Shown in pieces: positions 11,474 through 25,000 of a stretch of DNA of 64,000 nt (position 1 is its first letter; each line of letters begins with the position of its first letter). The position numbers and the translations under genes were made by a program. The stretch comes from Cycas panzhihuaensis (lineage: Eukaryota > Plantae > Cycadophyta). The notes under the pieces were generated by a model. That model did no database searches, had not been told where the DNA came from, and worked only from the letters and a program-made list of their open reading frames with translations. The stretch covers positions 126,735,741-126,799,740 of the forward strand of contig CM041465.1 in assembly GCA_023213395.1 (NCBI GenBank), given 5' to 3'.

Positions 11474-12275
11474 GAATATTTCACCAAATAGGTGGAGGTC
11501 ATTCCCTTAATTACTACTCCTGGTAAAACGATAGCTACATTTGTTTACCAGCACATAATAGCTACATTTGTTTACCAGCACATCATTTATCGTTTCAAGA
11601 TTTCATACATCTTAATCACTAACAATGGAACCCCCTTTTGCAATAAGAAGATGGATGAGCTTTACAAGAAATTCAAGATTTCTTATAAAATTTCTTCTCC
11701 TTACTATCCTTAGGTAAATGGTCAGGTGGAGTCTTTCAATAAGACTCTCATTAATATCTTAAAGAAAACTATTGCTTAGTCTCAAAGAGACTGGCACCTT
11801 CAGCTGCCTTCCGCTTTGTGGGCTTACCGCATCTCTATCTGTTCTGCCACGGGAATGACCCCATTCTCCTCGGTCTATGATACCGAGGCGGTACTCCCAT
11901 TGGAGGTAGAGATTCCTTCTTGGGAGTCTCTCTTCGAGGTCTCATTGATGAAGAGTCGATCCGTCAGGCTTGCCTTCTGGACCTTGAGGCTTTGGACAAG
12001 AGACGTTTAGCTGCCTATCAGGCTAACCTAGCATCCAAAGCTCACTTACAAGGGACCTATGATAAACACCTTCGTTCTCATTCTTTGTTTCCCAGAGACC
12101 ACGTCCTCAAACTTGAATATCTTCATGACCATTTAACCAAATTTAAACCTAGATGAGTTGGCCCTTTCATCATTATCGAGACTCTCGATAATGGTGCTTA
12201 TAAGATTGCCACCCTGGAAGGTCTTGAATTTGAGAAAGCTGTTAATGGGAAATTCCTTAAGAAGTTTTACTCGTG
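11474..12275 (+). pseudogene. Gypsy (Tat/Ogre-like) integrase core and GPF region
   Basis: YFTK*VEVIP, TNNGTPF, SSPYYP*VNGQVE, WAYRISICSATGMTPFSSVYDTEAVLPLEVEIPS, KFKPR*VGPF, VNGKFLKKFY. No chromodomain follows. In-frame 27-bp duplication at 11531-11584. Confidence 0.92.
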
Positions 12276-12799
12276 TCCCTACTGTCACTTCTTGCATGCT
12301 CTGAAATAAGCCTAAACTACTATCTTAAGTTGTTCCCATTTCTCCCAGCCATAGGTGGAATGACAACTTAGGATGGCCTCTTCTGTTTCTTTCTAGTTCC
12401 ACCCGCCGAACCCATATTCCCATATCCTTCTAGGACTTTTGTCTTCCTATTTGGTCATCCACCAGTTAAGATGATGCTCTAGAGTATCGTTACCCCCCCT
12501 TCTCTTGCTTGGTGTTTCCTTCGCATATCTTGTTATGCTCCTCCATGGACATGCGTGTCGCTTTATTTCTAGCCCCACATGTGCCCATCACCTCCTCTCA
12601 TGGTGGTTGTGTGTGCTTTTATTAGATATATAGCCATGCATGGAAGGAAATACGTGCATCATATAACAAAGTATCTATAACATACATAACAAAACATACA
12701 TGTCATCTACCACACATGATATATATATCATCTCATATCAAAATGGGATACCAATTATCCCGTCTATATATATATATCAAAATCAGATGCTGTGTCATA

Positions 12800-15339
12800 C
12801 ATACGGGAAGCTGGTGTCCTTGTAGGGGGGGTACAATCATATGACTCTATATATATGACCCCCTGGAGCCCCGTGCTTTCTCCCTGTCAAAATCAAATAC
12901 ATGTGTCCTACTCGACTGCTACCCCACTCTTGGGGTATCATCTCCTGGTCTGTGTGATCCCTCTCCTGGGGACCATATCCCTTCGAGACTCCTCCTGGGT
13001 CTCTGCGAGCTCCCTCCCTCACTCCCCTCATCTCGTGGCCTCATCGAGGTCGTCACTGCCGTATGGGTCTGAGTCCTGCTATGTGCCAACCTCGACGCTA
13101 CTATGTCCTCCACCAGTTGGTTGTATCGCACCTGGATACGATCTTGCTCTGCCTCTATGAGGCACAACCTCTCCTTCATCCCTCAGAGTCTCTCCTCTAG
13201 CATCACCACCTAGATATGACTCCCCATATCCCCTCCGGCTCTACCCTGGGCCTCTAGCGCCTGTACACGACTCTGTAATATATCTCGCATGCCCTGAGCC
13301 TCGTCTAGCTCCCGCTGCATCTGTCCTCTGAATGCTCTATGCTCTTAGGACTCTGTAACCTAGATATCTCTTGCCCTCACCAAGTGGGTGAACGTTGCCA
13401 TGTGGGCACTTGTCGATCTAGGTGCGTCCTCTACCTGGATGGGTGACTGCCTCTCTATGTACACCTGAGGGAACATCTCCCTCACCATGGCCTCTACTAA
13501 TCGCTGGATCTCCATGGTAACTGCAAATCCAACATACCATATGTCAATATATATCCAACTGCATACTAAAATAAAACCAAATCAAACTATCTATCTGGCT
13601 ATTAAACGATGGGAAATGGTTAGGCCTCACCTACTGTGGCTACTGGCTCCTCTGCTCGTGTGATAACATCTCCTCCTGGCTCCCCGCCAGTTGCTGGTAT
13701 CTCCTCCTTAGGTACCACCTCTGCCTGGGTCTCTCTCCTCACTGGGACTAGCTTAGCTGTCGCCTCTCCCAATCTCCTCATAATCCGTAGCCTACGGGCC
13801 CTCGTCACTGGCCCCCTACTTTCCTCTGCAGCCCCTGATGGGCCTGCCTCTCCCCCGACATTCTCAAATGGCCTCACAGCTCCTCCTGCTGTCCCTGATG
13901 GACCTGCCTCTCTCGCAGGTCGTGATGGGCTGGCCCCATCTCCTCCATCTCCATCGTTATCATCATCACCTGGGAGTGCCCCTACTCCGCCTGCCTCATC
14001 GTCACTGTCCCACCTCATTGCCCTGTATGGATCTGCCACATAATCTGTCATAGTTAGGAGGTCCTGCGATGTAGCCTTTATTGAACATCGGACATGGGCC
14101 TGGTCCTTTGTCCCCCTTAGCCTGGTCTACCACTTGTAGACCATCAAGGCCCACTCTGCAATGGGGTGTGGTCCTCCCACTGGTGCCATTGCTCCAAAAT
14201 GATCGAAGAACCAATACTGTAGCAACATGCTATAGGATAGTCCTCCTCGGCCTGTCGTCCTAATAGCATCTAGCTACGCGACAAGGTTCACTGCTATTAG
14301 GATGGCCCAAGCCATCCTCTCGCTGGTCTCACAGTAACGCATTGCATCCATCCATCCCCCAGGGATGTCCCTATGGTTCTATTTCTGAGAAACCTGGAAT
14401 AGAATGCACAACGTGATGAGTTTCCTTACCCGAGGAATCCTGGACATAATCATAGTCTAGAGAGGGTCTCCTCTCCTCTCCCATCTATCCATCCTTGTGA
14501 AGAATACCACTACCTCTCTATGTGCTGCCTCATTACTAGCGGTGCTCAAAGGCAATTGGCCTCCCAGTCGCTAGTACTCCCAGTATCCGCCAGATATCCC
14601 TTAGCATCACTGTCATGTCTCCCACCTGGGGTAGGTGGAAAACGTCCCTCCTCTAGTCCTAGTGTGATACGATATCCACTAATAGTCACTGGTCTGATAT
14701 ATATTAAGGTGTCTTCAAGGCCTTAAATAGGTTGCACCTCCGCAGGACCCCCTTGTCCTCCCTGGACATAATCTCGATATAACTAAGCATCGCCATCCCT
14801 ATGTTCTCACGGTTATCCACTACAATAATAGCCTGTCAACACCACAAAACTAGTCACAGTCAAGCCTATGTCAGTCCTCTATCCTTCTGACTATCTATCA
14901 ACCTTGTTTGATCAAGACTTGGGGCCTCTTGGCCCTCCCCTTCCTCTTTTTTCTATAGGTTTGCCTTCGTACCACGCTAAACTTCGTGGTACTGTAGAGT
15001 TTAGCTTGGGTCCCGTGGCGATCGGGGCCCCGCGGTAAAGATTACGGCACTGCGATCTTTACCGCAGTACGAATGGTAACCCCCGAAAGGGGGGGGTTTC
15101 TGCCCCAAAAATTAAAAAAATCTTTCGGATGGACCCCCGTGAGGCCCACCGGGATTGGGGCTCCCTAATGCCTAGGTCCCCCCTTTTCCTGGGTATAATT
15201 CAAACTTCGAGAGGCCATTGTTCACCGATATGGGGCATAAAAACTATATAAAAATCAATAAAAAGCACTCAAATTAAAACTGTGAAATGGGATGGGTTTT
15301 ATGGGATCCACTCACTGGATCTGGTCTAACTGTCGCCAT
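12800..15339 (-). pseudogene. Three-exon plant mobile domain (PMD, aminotransferase-like PF10536-type) plus coiled-coil gene, antisense within the Gypsy 3' region
   Basis: DVFHLPQVGDMTVMLRDIWRILG..GRPI (~14555-14650), MAWAILIAVNL, LLQYWFFDHF, DLLTMTDYVADPY. Exons 15339-15316, 14832-13631, 13520-~12800, with GT-AG introns that preserve frame. Several C>T/G>A-type stops and one frameshift near 14540. Confidence 0.82.
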
Positions 15340-15499
15340 CTCGCTCTAAAGGTCTCAGTGATTGTCTCTGAGCTCCAATCCAATGGTCTGATCTCCCTCT
15401 GCGTGCCTTCAAAGTCGGGTGGTGCTTCGCTACGTAAGGAAATGGCTCTGGTTTCTCATGAGAGCTGGTGATAATGAATCCATTTTCCATTGAATTTCC

Positions 15500-15507
15500 A
15501 TATATAG
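15500..15507 (-). promoter_or_regulatory. Putative TATA box for the antisense PMD gene
   Basis: CCCCGCCTATATATGG ~160 bp upstream of the exon-1 ATG. Confidence 0.45.
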
Positions 15508-16030
15508 GCGGGGGCCTCGACGGGCACTACCTCCATTTTTGCTCTCACGATAGCCATTGGGACCATCCCGTTTCCTCGATCACTCTTATCTTTTGGCCGT
15601 GCCTCCCGTTGCACTTCTTTAGCACCCTTTTTGCTCTTTCTTACAAGTGCATTTATGGCACCTCATCATCACACTTTTCGTAGGGCCCTTCCATCTCATT
15701 TTATGTGCCACTCCCATGCATGCCTGAGTTTATACTCGTTTGGCTCATTTCACCATCCCGAACGCGTTTCCACAGCTATTTTCTGCTCTTGGGGTCTCCA
15801 GAGGGAATGTTCCCCCCATCCAGGGGCATGTTTTGCTTCCCAAAGTGACCTTTGGTACTCTGGAGTGCCCTTTTTCCGCTCACTCTTAGGTAGTGGTCAG
15901 ACTGCTTGCTCTCATCCTTGGGTAGCCTCATCGCTAGGTCCTCCTACCCTTCACAGCCACCTATTGCTTACCTTTCAAGTCTTTGTTTTGCTCCATTATT
16001 GTTTATTACTACCAAGACTTTGTGTCACCC

Positions 16031-16453
16031 ATGTCCCTCTACATTTTTACTAATGGCAGAAGCTGCGGTAACCTTGGACCTGCTGCCGCTACATGGATCC
16101 TTCGCAGCCCCTCTGGACATGATTTCCTATGCTCTAGGGTCTTCCTCCTAGAGGCTACCAATAATGAAGCTGAGTACACAGCTGTTATCGAAGCTCTCAC
16201 CGATGCTCTCCGTTTCCATCACAGACCTATCATTTTGCTTTGCGACTCTCAGGTTGTGGTGTCCCATCTCAACCAGGTTTGCCAAGTGCGATACCCTCAT
16301 CTAAGAACCCTTGCTTCAACTGCCAGATCTCTCCTGGCTTGCTTCCCATCTATTGACATTCAGCACATTCCTTGGCCCCTCAACACTGAGGCAGATTGTC
16401 TCGTTCGCCTTATCCTTGAGCGCTACCTTCCTCTTCTTGTCGACTGTCCTTGA
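16031..16453 (+). CDS. Stand-alone archaeal-type RNase HI (aRH) ORF of the Tat element; first catalytic Asp appears as Asn
   Basis: MSLYIFTNGRSCGNLGPAA, TNNEAEYTAVIEAL, CDSQVVV, IQHIPWPLNTEADCL match the RNase HI D-E-D-D pattern; 140 codons open from ATG 16031. Confidence 0.85.
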   Translation: MSLYIFTNGRSCGNLGPAAATWILRSPSGHDFLCSRVFLLEATNNEAEYTAVIEALTDALRFHHRPIILLCDSQVVVSHLNQVCQVRYPHLRTLASTARSLLACFPSIDIQHIPWPLNTEADCLVRLILERYLPLLVDCP

Positions 16454-17060
16454 GGCTTGTCCAGTCGCTCTGTCACCTAAGCCTTAGGTTATCATATGCT
16501 TCACCTTACGATCTATTCGTACCTCTGAAACTTAGCCGCTAATGAGGTTAAACTATGGCGACTATCAATTCTATTTACTCATCCCTTCTACTTGATTATG
16601 CACATCTTTTTGCATCTTTTGTGGTGGGGGCAGCCCCCTCGCCTATCGTATTTTTCAGTCGATTCCCCAGTGGCACATAGGTAGCCCCTATGTTGTCTCC
16701 ACCTCTACCTTCATGTTCACGCGTCCCGTCACAACACTCGCTGACACCCTTGTCTACTGTTATGATCTTGATTTATATATCTATATACACGTGTACTACT
16801 GACAGTTGTGTTGCCAACATTTACCATCGCACCATGCTTCTGAGCAGCGAGGCTCTACTACCAAGGGGGTAGTGTTTCCCAGCTTCTGGGAATGGATACA
16901 GAGCGGTCAACTCAGGTAAGTGCAAGTATGCTTCTCATCTTGTCATTGTTTTCTGTTGTTATGAGTATCTGCTTACATGTTATAATTTCGTAGATGGTCC
17001 TGTTGTCATCTACATCTATCTAGCCTATGACGACTATAGTGGGGGTACATTCCCAGCGAA

Positions 17061-19638
17061 TGTGACACCTTGGTGGCTGCGTCACTTCCTGCATTCTACC
17101 CTACTCACCTTAAGACCCATTTGGCTAACGTCATCCTCACTCGTATGATGATCCATCGTTGTTTGGTTGACTTATTACATCTTTGAGTCCCATTGTTGCT
17201 TCTTGTGGCTCATTTGTCTTCTTCTCTACCCCTGGGCAGGTGGTCCTGCTCCTTGTCGGCCTCTTAGGTCACTCGCCCACAGCCTAGGCTAGTAATTTCG
17301 GCTAGATTTGGCCTCTGGTCCCGCACTGTTGCAGATTTTGCGATACCGCGAAACTTACGGTGGTACCACAAAGTTTACCGTAGTACGACTGTCACAGCTT
17401 GTTTTTGAAAATCTGCCATGGTAATTCTTACATTTATTGCGGAACGGCCACGTGTCTCGTGACTTAACTCACTACCAGCCGCACCCTAATCACTTGATTA
17501 GGGTTGAGGCTGGGTATTTAAGTCTTACCTAATTCATTTTAGGGATCTTTTTGCTCATTTTTAAAAGGATTACAAGGAAAAATGCCCTGTTATCTGTTGT
17601 TCTCTGCTGCTCCACTACTGTTTCAGGACCTACAATCACTCTCCAGTGCCCAGCTCTCCTTTGGTTCGGCTGTGACATCTTCCCAGCCCCTTTCACACCT
17701 TGGAGAGGGCCTCCTTGAAGAGTTTCTAGCACTTCCTTGCCTAGGCAGCCATCAAGTAGTCTCAAGTGCAGGCTTTTCCGTCAGCCATCTTAGCATGGGC
17801 TCTATACCTACTGCTCCACAGTCTTTCTATAGATTTCTCAGCCCCTTTCCAGTAGGTTTTGATAGAGGTAAATGCCTCCCATCTTCTCTATAGGTATTTA
17901 TTGGTTTAGGGTCTTTCCTTTACCCAATTTATGCTCAGGTTTACATGGTTATTTCTAGTTTGTCTTAGCTTGCTTTTGGAGGTTCTTTCTTACCTCTGTC
18001 TTGGACTGTTTCCCTATTGTTAGGGCCTCTTTTCATGTGTTTCATACCCAGGATAGCGGTCGAAAGGGATACATAAGGTTTGGGATAGAACTAGGTGGAT
18101 CCCGTACCACCTTCCACACTCCCTAAGAGGCTTTTTGCCCTCCAAACCTTCCTTTTACCCCGTGCTGCTCTTGGACTGGAGTAAGGATTTAGTAGGCTAT
18201 TTCTAGCCACTGAAATTAGCGTTGACACTTCTTATAGTGCTGGTTTGAGGGCTCATTTCCTAAATTCAGGCAATGCACAAGCCCTGGTGACTTTTCTTAG
18301 TTTAATCCTCTTCTCAATGGTCCGGTTTACTTCTTGTAGCACCCTGTCCTTATTGAGTTTTGATTTGCTCTCTCTTGCATCTTTGATGTCCCATTTTCAG
18401 CCAGCCTTACAGCCTTACCCTCGCTGCCCTGTGGCTTCTTGAGGGAGGGTAGGGTTGCTCTTTACGGGAGGTGGGCCACTCCAAGGCTCACTGACTTATC
18501 TACCATTCATTTGGATAGTTTTCTTTACAATTTATTATTGTAATATTGAATGCTAACATATATGTGTTGAGGCTTATGCTTGTTACATACATACATGCAT
18601 TATTAGGATTCTACTTTGTATTACTAGTACCCTTCCTCCGGAAAGGGATATTCTCACTTACTTGCAAGTACACGGAGGACGTGAAGGACTCATCCCTTTC
18701 TCTCATGTATGTGCTTTTACTTATATTTTATCTTAGCATTTCATTTGCTGCCATTATTTTCCTTTTTTCCTTTCTTGGAACTCTAGTGTTTCTTCCAGGG
18801 AAGGTAAGGAAGCCCCATGTTTCGTCCTACTGCGACCCTTCTCTCTCACTGTGCTTCGTGGAGCAATCTTGGACACCTTGTGGGAACATCGTTGCTTCAA
18901 TCACGACTCCATTCCAAGTATGTGCTTTCACTCCATTTCATTTTCTTTTCTTTAAAAGATTTTGCATGGTAGTAATTAGATCATTTGAAAGGAAAAGGGA
19001 AACTGACTCTCTCTTTTGGTTTATATTCTGTTTTCTACATTTTACACATTATATCTATCATAGGAAAAGGTTTTAGGAAGATTTCCTTTTTAACCTTTCC
19101 TCTTCATCCCCTAAACTTCACCCTTATCCTATTGACTTGCTATACTTGGTTTAGTTTACTTACGTATGTCATAACACTCTCCTTTTCCTTGATTGCTCCT
19201 TCGAAGGGGGGAACTCTTGATCGATCGATCATTCCCGTTCCCTTCATCCTTCCTCAGTTTTCTTCTGCCTAGCTGGATAACCGAGAAGATCTTATTCGTA
19301 GGTTACTCACCTACTTGCCCTTTACTCATTTCCCTCTGCTATAGGGAAACCCTCGAGGGGTTCTCTCCTTTCCCTTCCAGCCATCCAAGGGTGGGAGGAC
19401 CCTTCTCCTAGATCTACCCAGGTTAATCTTCTACCTCCTCTCTTCTTGACTGAAGTGGGGAACCACCTTTAGGTAGTTGGGTACCATCTGCAGGTCCCGA
19501 ACTCATGCTTCGACCCATGGGGCACCCTGCGTGGTATTTGCCTTACTCGTAGGTTCTTATCTACACTTGATAGTGCCATTGATCACCCTCGTTATTCCTA
19601 CTCAGTTAGGTAGTTATCCCATGGATGCGCATCCACCA
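17061..19638 (+). repeat. Putative ~2.6 kb 3' LTR of the Tat element
   Basis: Begins TGTGACACC ~15 bp after AGTGGGGG, ends in CA at the array junction, non-coding, related to 9194-11473. No partner LTR in the window, so boundaries are approximate. Confidence 0.55.
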
Positions 19639-22034
19639 TCTATCCTCATCAAGTTGTGAAGAAAGAGCTACAAAGAATAGGTTATGGAAGGAGGAATCCT
19701 AATTGTCTACCACATTACTTCCCTATTATTTATTATTATGCCGGTTCCTTTAATTTTTTATAGTAAATTGCTACTTATTTTGAGGTCTTTCTCCTTTAGT
19801 AGGTCTCAGATTCCAATTGTTTTCGTAGAATTGGCCTTGTGGTTGGAATGATGACCCTTCTTATTGTTGAATAAGGCCTCTTTATTGGAAATATGGGCCT
19901 CCTTATTACAAAATAAGACCTCGCTATTATGGAAATGGGGCTCCTTGTAGAAGGCACTATCCTCCTTAGTAATATCCTTGTCTCTATTAAGAGTAACTAG
20001 GACCTCCTTGTTGATATGAGGGTGGTCCTTATTAGTAGATTAGGCCTAATTGTTGATAATAAGAGGTAGCTTATTAGAAGTGAGGACCATATGATTGGCT
20101 CCATTGACTTTACAAGAGTTGTGAATCTACTTGTCCTCACTTGCATTAACTAAGTGTCTTTTTTTATCATAGTAGATGTAACTAAAATTTGGTCTAACCT
20201 ATTAATTATTTTAAAGTTGTGCATATGGCTGGTATTGAGACTACTGATGCCAATGAGTTAGACAGGAGGAGGAGGTGTTAATTGGTTATTACTTCTCTTA
20301 GGTTGGTTGTTGATATGGCTCTTGGGATATGGTCAGAGAATCCAAGTGTTGAGTTAGATCTTGGTGTTGACTAAGCTGTTGAGTTGATCTATTGATAGTC
20401 TTATGCTTTTCTGAGTTATTGGCTGTAAAGGTAGGAGCGGGGTTAGATATAGATGTCGCCCCAAGTCAGTTGAGTATATTCTCCTCTTATAACAAGAGTT
20501 CCTCACAGGTCGTGAAGTCTATTTTGGAATAATTACCATGTAATTTGGAAACAAAGGAGTTATATTCTATAGGTAGGATGTTAATGATGCTAGAGATTAA
20601 ATCATGGTTTGAAAGTGGTTCATTAAGGATTATAAGTTAGTTCCTAGTTATTTTGACTTTAATCAAGTGGTGTGCAATGCTGCCAAAAAAAGCATACCTT
20701 TATCACAACTTTATGAACTTAAAGAAGATAAGTCATGAAAATAAGATTAATTTTAGATTCACCTATTCATTATAGGGTGTACCCTATGCTTGGCACAAAT
20801 AATTATACCCAATTAAGATATGGGAGAATATTACGAAGTAATTTAAGGAGATATTATAACAATTTTGAAGTAATCAGGTAGTGGAGTTATCTCTCAAGGA
20901 AATGAGATAAAGGTTAGTAGAATTACTATTAATACATATATGAAAAATAAATATCAAAGTTGTAAGTATTATGAATGGAGAAAAAATCATGGATTATAAT
21001 AAGAGAAACTATTTTATAAATGAGCTAAATTCTAAAGTAAGGGCTACAATGGTGACTCATTCCTTGAAATGCTTCCATTTCACATGAGTTGGTATTACAC
21101 TTTGAGAAAGAAATGGACATTTAAAAGGGCATCCATAAACCTTATTATTTAGATCACGAGACAAAATGTAATAATTAAGAAGCCAAAATATAAATAAACC
21201 TTGCTGTTAAGTAACAAAAATAAATGAGACCTTAAAAGTAGAAGCCTTTAAAAAGGAAGTCACAAGGTTCAAGTTATAATGAAAGAAACCTCAACTTACT
21301 AAGGAGAAGAAGAATAAAAAAACATAGGGGTAACAAACCGTAATTGAAGAAGTGGTGTCACATTTGTGATAATAATTCATATTCTAGTAAAAAATGTGAC
21401 CTAAATGAGAGGAATAATATGGTAAAAAAGTAAAGTACATGGTGTTATATTTGTGATATGGATAACCATAACATGAATAAACACTATTTTAATATATGTA
21501 AAACAAACTAATACGGTACAAGTTATGGAAGAAGGAACAACTTAACCATGATGCAATATACTAATGACGTAGGAAGGCATGTGAAAAAATAATAATGCAT
21601 GAAGAGAAAGTAATTGAAATGTACTAAACTAACTAAAACAATAGCGATAAAATTGATCTATCCTCACAGAAAATACCTATAGAGAGATCAAACATCACCT
21701 AATAAGAAGGCTATCAAAATCTAAGAGGTCCACTAGAGCATATATGCCCAAACTATTGAGAAAAGTATGTGCTTGGCCTATTGTAGATACCCTTCATAAA
21801 GAATAATGACCTATCGTAACCCAGACTCTTAAATATACCTAAAACACTAGACTCAATCTTAAAATATGAGAAGGGACTAATAAGAGTAAGAGGCCTAAAG
21901 GAGTTAAGACCATAGGAAACATATGATCATATGTAGGTTCTTGGAAAATTATTAGTAGTAGTGGCTCATCTCATATAAGTTTGAGATAGGCTAATAGTAC
22001 ATGCATTTAACTCCAACTAGCATCAAGCTCTAAT

Positions 22035-25000
22035 AGGTAAAATAAAAAGAGGTCTCTACTCTCAATACGATGCATAGAGTTCGCTCAGTTGTTGAGGCCA
22101 CACATATAAACACATAGTAAGGGTAGATGCCTACCATTAGGCCAATCAGAATATGAATCCTAAGACTCTTCTCACATTAGGCTAAAAGATGACCTCTCTC
22201 ATCTAATGGTTAAATCTAGGTTCAAAGAAAGTGATCTACCTTATTTGTAAAAGAATAAGTACTTTGAGATATTATGTATCTTGATGTATTTTGTATATGC
22301 AAGAAGATAATTTATATCTTCTTGTTGTTTAGGAGATTAAATCCAAATAATTATTGTTGAACTAATTTCTAGGTGTGATGTTGATGTACTCTAATGTAAA
22401 TAAATGGCAATTGATTATATAGAATCAAATAAGAAAAGCAATGACAAAAAACAGTTAAATTTAAGAATCAAAATGTTTACTAAACGAATAAAGAGCGTAG
22501 AATCTATTTTCTTTCATTGCATTTGGACATTACTAATATTGATAACACAATGTAGATGATGCACTATCAGGAGCGAATGATTCCCAGGAATTACATCTAT
22601 GTTCATTTTAGTTTGTAGAAATGGTGCTTCAAAGCTTCCTTAGCAGAAAGATGTTCCCTTGGGTCAAACTTCAACAAACCTTGAAGATCGGGTGTTGTTT
22701 GAAGAAAACCTCTTCTTTAAGGTCTCTATTGAGGAAATTACCCTTCACATCCATTCGCTAAATAAGCCGATTAAATTAGATTGCTAAGGACATAATCAAA
22801 TGGAATGTGATCACATTGGCTACCGGTGCAAAGGTCTTATCATAATCAATCCCATTTTGTTATTTAAAACCTCTTGCTATAAGGCGAGCTTTGCGAGTGT
22901 CATACTTTGTAAGGACTTTTAGCAGTTATGGGAGGAGGAACATCCATTAATAATTGTTATACCCATTAGGATTTAATTGAATGCTAGTGGCTGTCACCTA
23001 AAGTTCATCAACTAAAATTGGAGGTAAAGTTATACTTTCTTGAGTTGTTGATGTAGATGTTACTAGAATCGATGAAGGAGCTGGAGTGTAGGAGGAGGCT
23101 AGTTTTGGTGGCTCTATAATTTATCCAAGAGTCACTTAAGATACACAAACTACTTCTACTGCTATAATATAAGGTTGTGGTGAAGGTAGGTCTTATGAAT
23201 CTTCTATAAATATTATATGCCGTGTTGCGTAAACTTGGTTACCAACTATGTCAAACACTTTATAGGCTTTACAACCAAGTACATAGCTAAGGAAGATGTA
23301 TTTCAGGCTCTTGTCATAAAGCTTCTTTTTGTTTTCGTTTGAAATATATTTATATTCCATGCATCTGAAGATCTTCACGAGTACTATCGATGGTTTCTGA
23401 CCTAACCAAACTTCTTCAAGACTAATTTTCCTAACTGCAATTCTGGGACTTATGTTGGTTAGATAAGTAGTTATGGTTGTGGCATCAACCCAAGATTTGG
23501 TGGTAAGATTTGCAACACTAAGCATGGATTTTCCTTTATTTATCAATATCTAATTCATTCTTTTAACTACACCATTTTGTTAAGGTGTGTGGGGAGCTAG
23601 GAACTGATGTTGGATGCCATGTTCCTTGCCCAAAATGTTGAACTGATTAAAAATATACTCACCACCATTATCATATCTAAGGAGTTTGATTTTCATTCTA
23701 CTTTTGTTTTCTATGGCAGCTTTGAACTCTTTGAATTTATTTAGGGTTTTATACTTATTTCTTAGGAAATAGACCTACATTTTCCTTGAGAAGTCATCTA
23801 TGAATGTGATGAAATGCTAGTTTTTATTGAATTGTTAGATCAGTCCCAACCCACAAATTTCTAGGTGGACCATCTCTAAAGACGCTGGGGATCTCCATGT
23901 GTTCTTAGAAGGAAAATTTTCTCGTTAATGCTTTTCTATTAGGGAAGCCTCATATATGTTGCTGCTTATTTTGAGGTCTTTCTCCTTGAGTAGTTCTCAA
24001 ATTCCAATTGTGTTGGTAGAATTGGCCTTGTGGTTGGAATGATGACCCTTCTTATTCATGAATAAGGCCTCTTTATTAGAAATATGGTCCTCCTTGTTAC
24101 AAAATAAGATCTCTCTATTATGGAAATGGGGCTCCTTATAGAAGGCACGATCCTCCTTAGTAATATGCTTGTCTCTATTAAGAGTAACTAGAACCTCCTT
24201 GTTGATATGAGGGCAGTCCTTATTAGTAGATTAGGCCTAATTGTTAATTATAAGAGGTAGCTTATTAGAAGTGAGGCCCATATGATTGGCTCTATTGATT
24301 TTACAAAAGTTGTGAATCAACTTGTCCTCACTTGCATTAACTAAGTGCCTCTTTTTATCATAGTAGAGGCAACTGACATTTGGTCTAACCTATTAATTCT
24401 TTTAAAGTTGTGCATATGGCTGGTATTGAGACTGCTGATGCTAATGAGTTAGACGGGAGGAGGAGGTGTTAATTGTTTATAACTTCTCTTAGGTTGGTTG
24501 TTGATATGTCTCTTGGGATATGGTCAGAGAATCCAAGTGTTGAGTTAGATCTTGGTGTTGACTAAGCTGTTGAGTTGATCTATTGACTGTCTTATGCTTT
24601 TCTGAGTTATGGGCTGTAAAGGTAGGAGCGGGGTTAAATATATATGTCACCCCAATTTAGTTGAGTATATTCTACTCTTATAACAATAGTTCCTCACAGG
24701 TCGTGAAGTCTATTTTGGAATAATTACCATGTAAATTGGAAACAAAAGAGTTATATTCTATAAGTAGGATGTCAATGATACTAGGGATTAAATCATGGTT
24801 TGAAAGTGGTTCATTAAGGATTATAAGTTAGCTCCTAGTTATTTTGACTTTAATCAAGTGGTGTGTAACGTTGCCAAAAAAAGTATACCTTTATCAAAAC
24901 TTTATGAAATTAAAGAAGATAAGTCATGAAAATAAGATTAATTTTAGATTCACCTATTCATTGTAGGGTGTACCCTATGCTTGGCACAAATAATTATACC

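Larger units (their letters stand above)
11474..19638 (+). mobile_element. 3' half of a non-chromovirus Tat-type Ty3/Gypsy LTR retrotransposon (INT, antisense PMD gene, aRH, 3' LTR), inserted into the protease region of an array unit
   Basis: Domain content listed separately; right end ...CATCCACCA abuts array sequence TATCCTCATCAAGTTGTG. Confidence 0.75.

Noticed and set aside
13636-14043. Pro/Ser-rich 135-aa plus-strand ORF
   Set aside because: Reverse complement of the PMD gene's GC-rich linker.
18546-19076. 176-aa hydrophobic ORF, possible env-like protein
   Set aside because: Non-ATG start, T-rich LTR-like sequence, no equivalent ORF in the related LTR.
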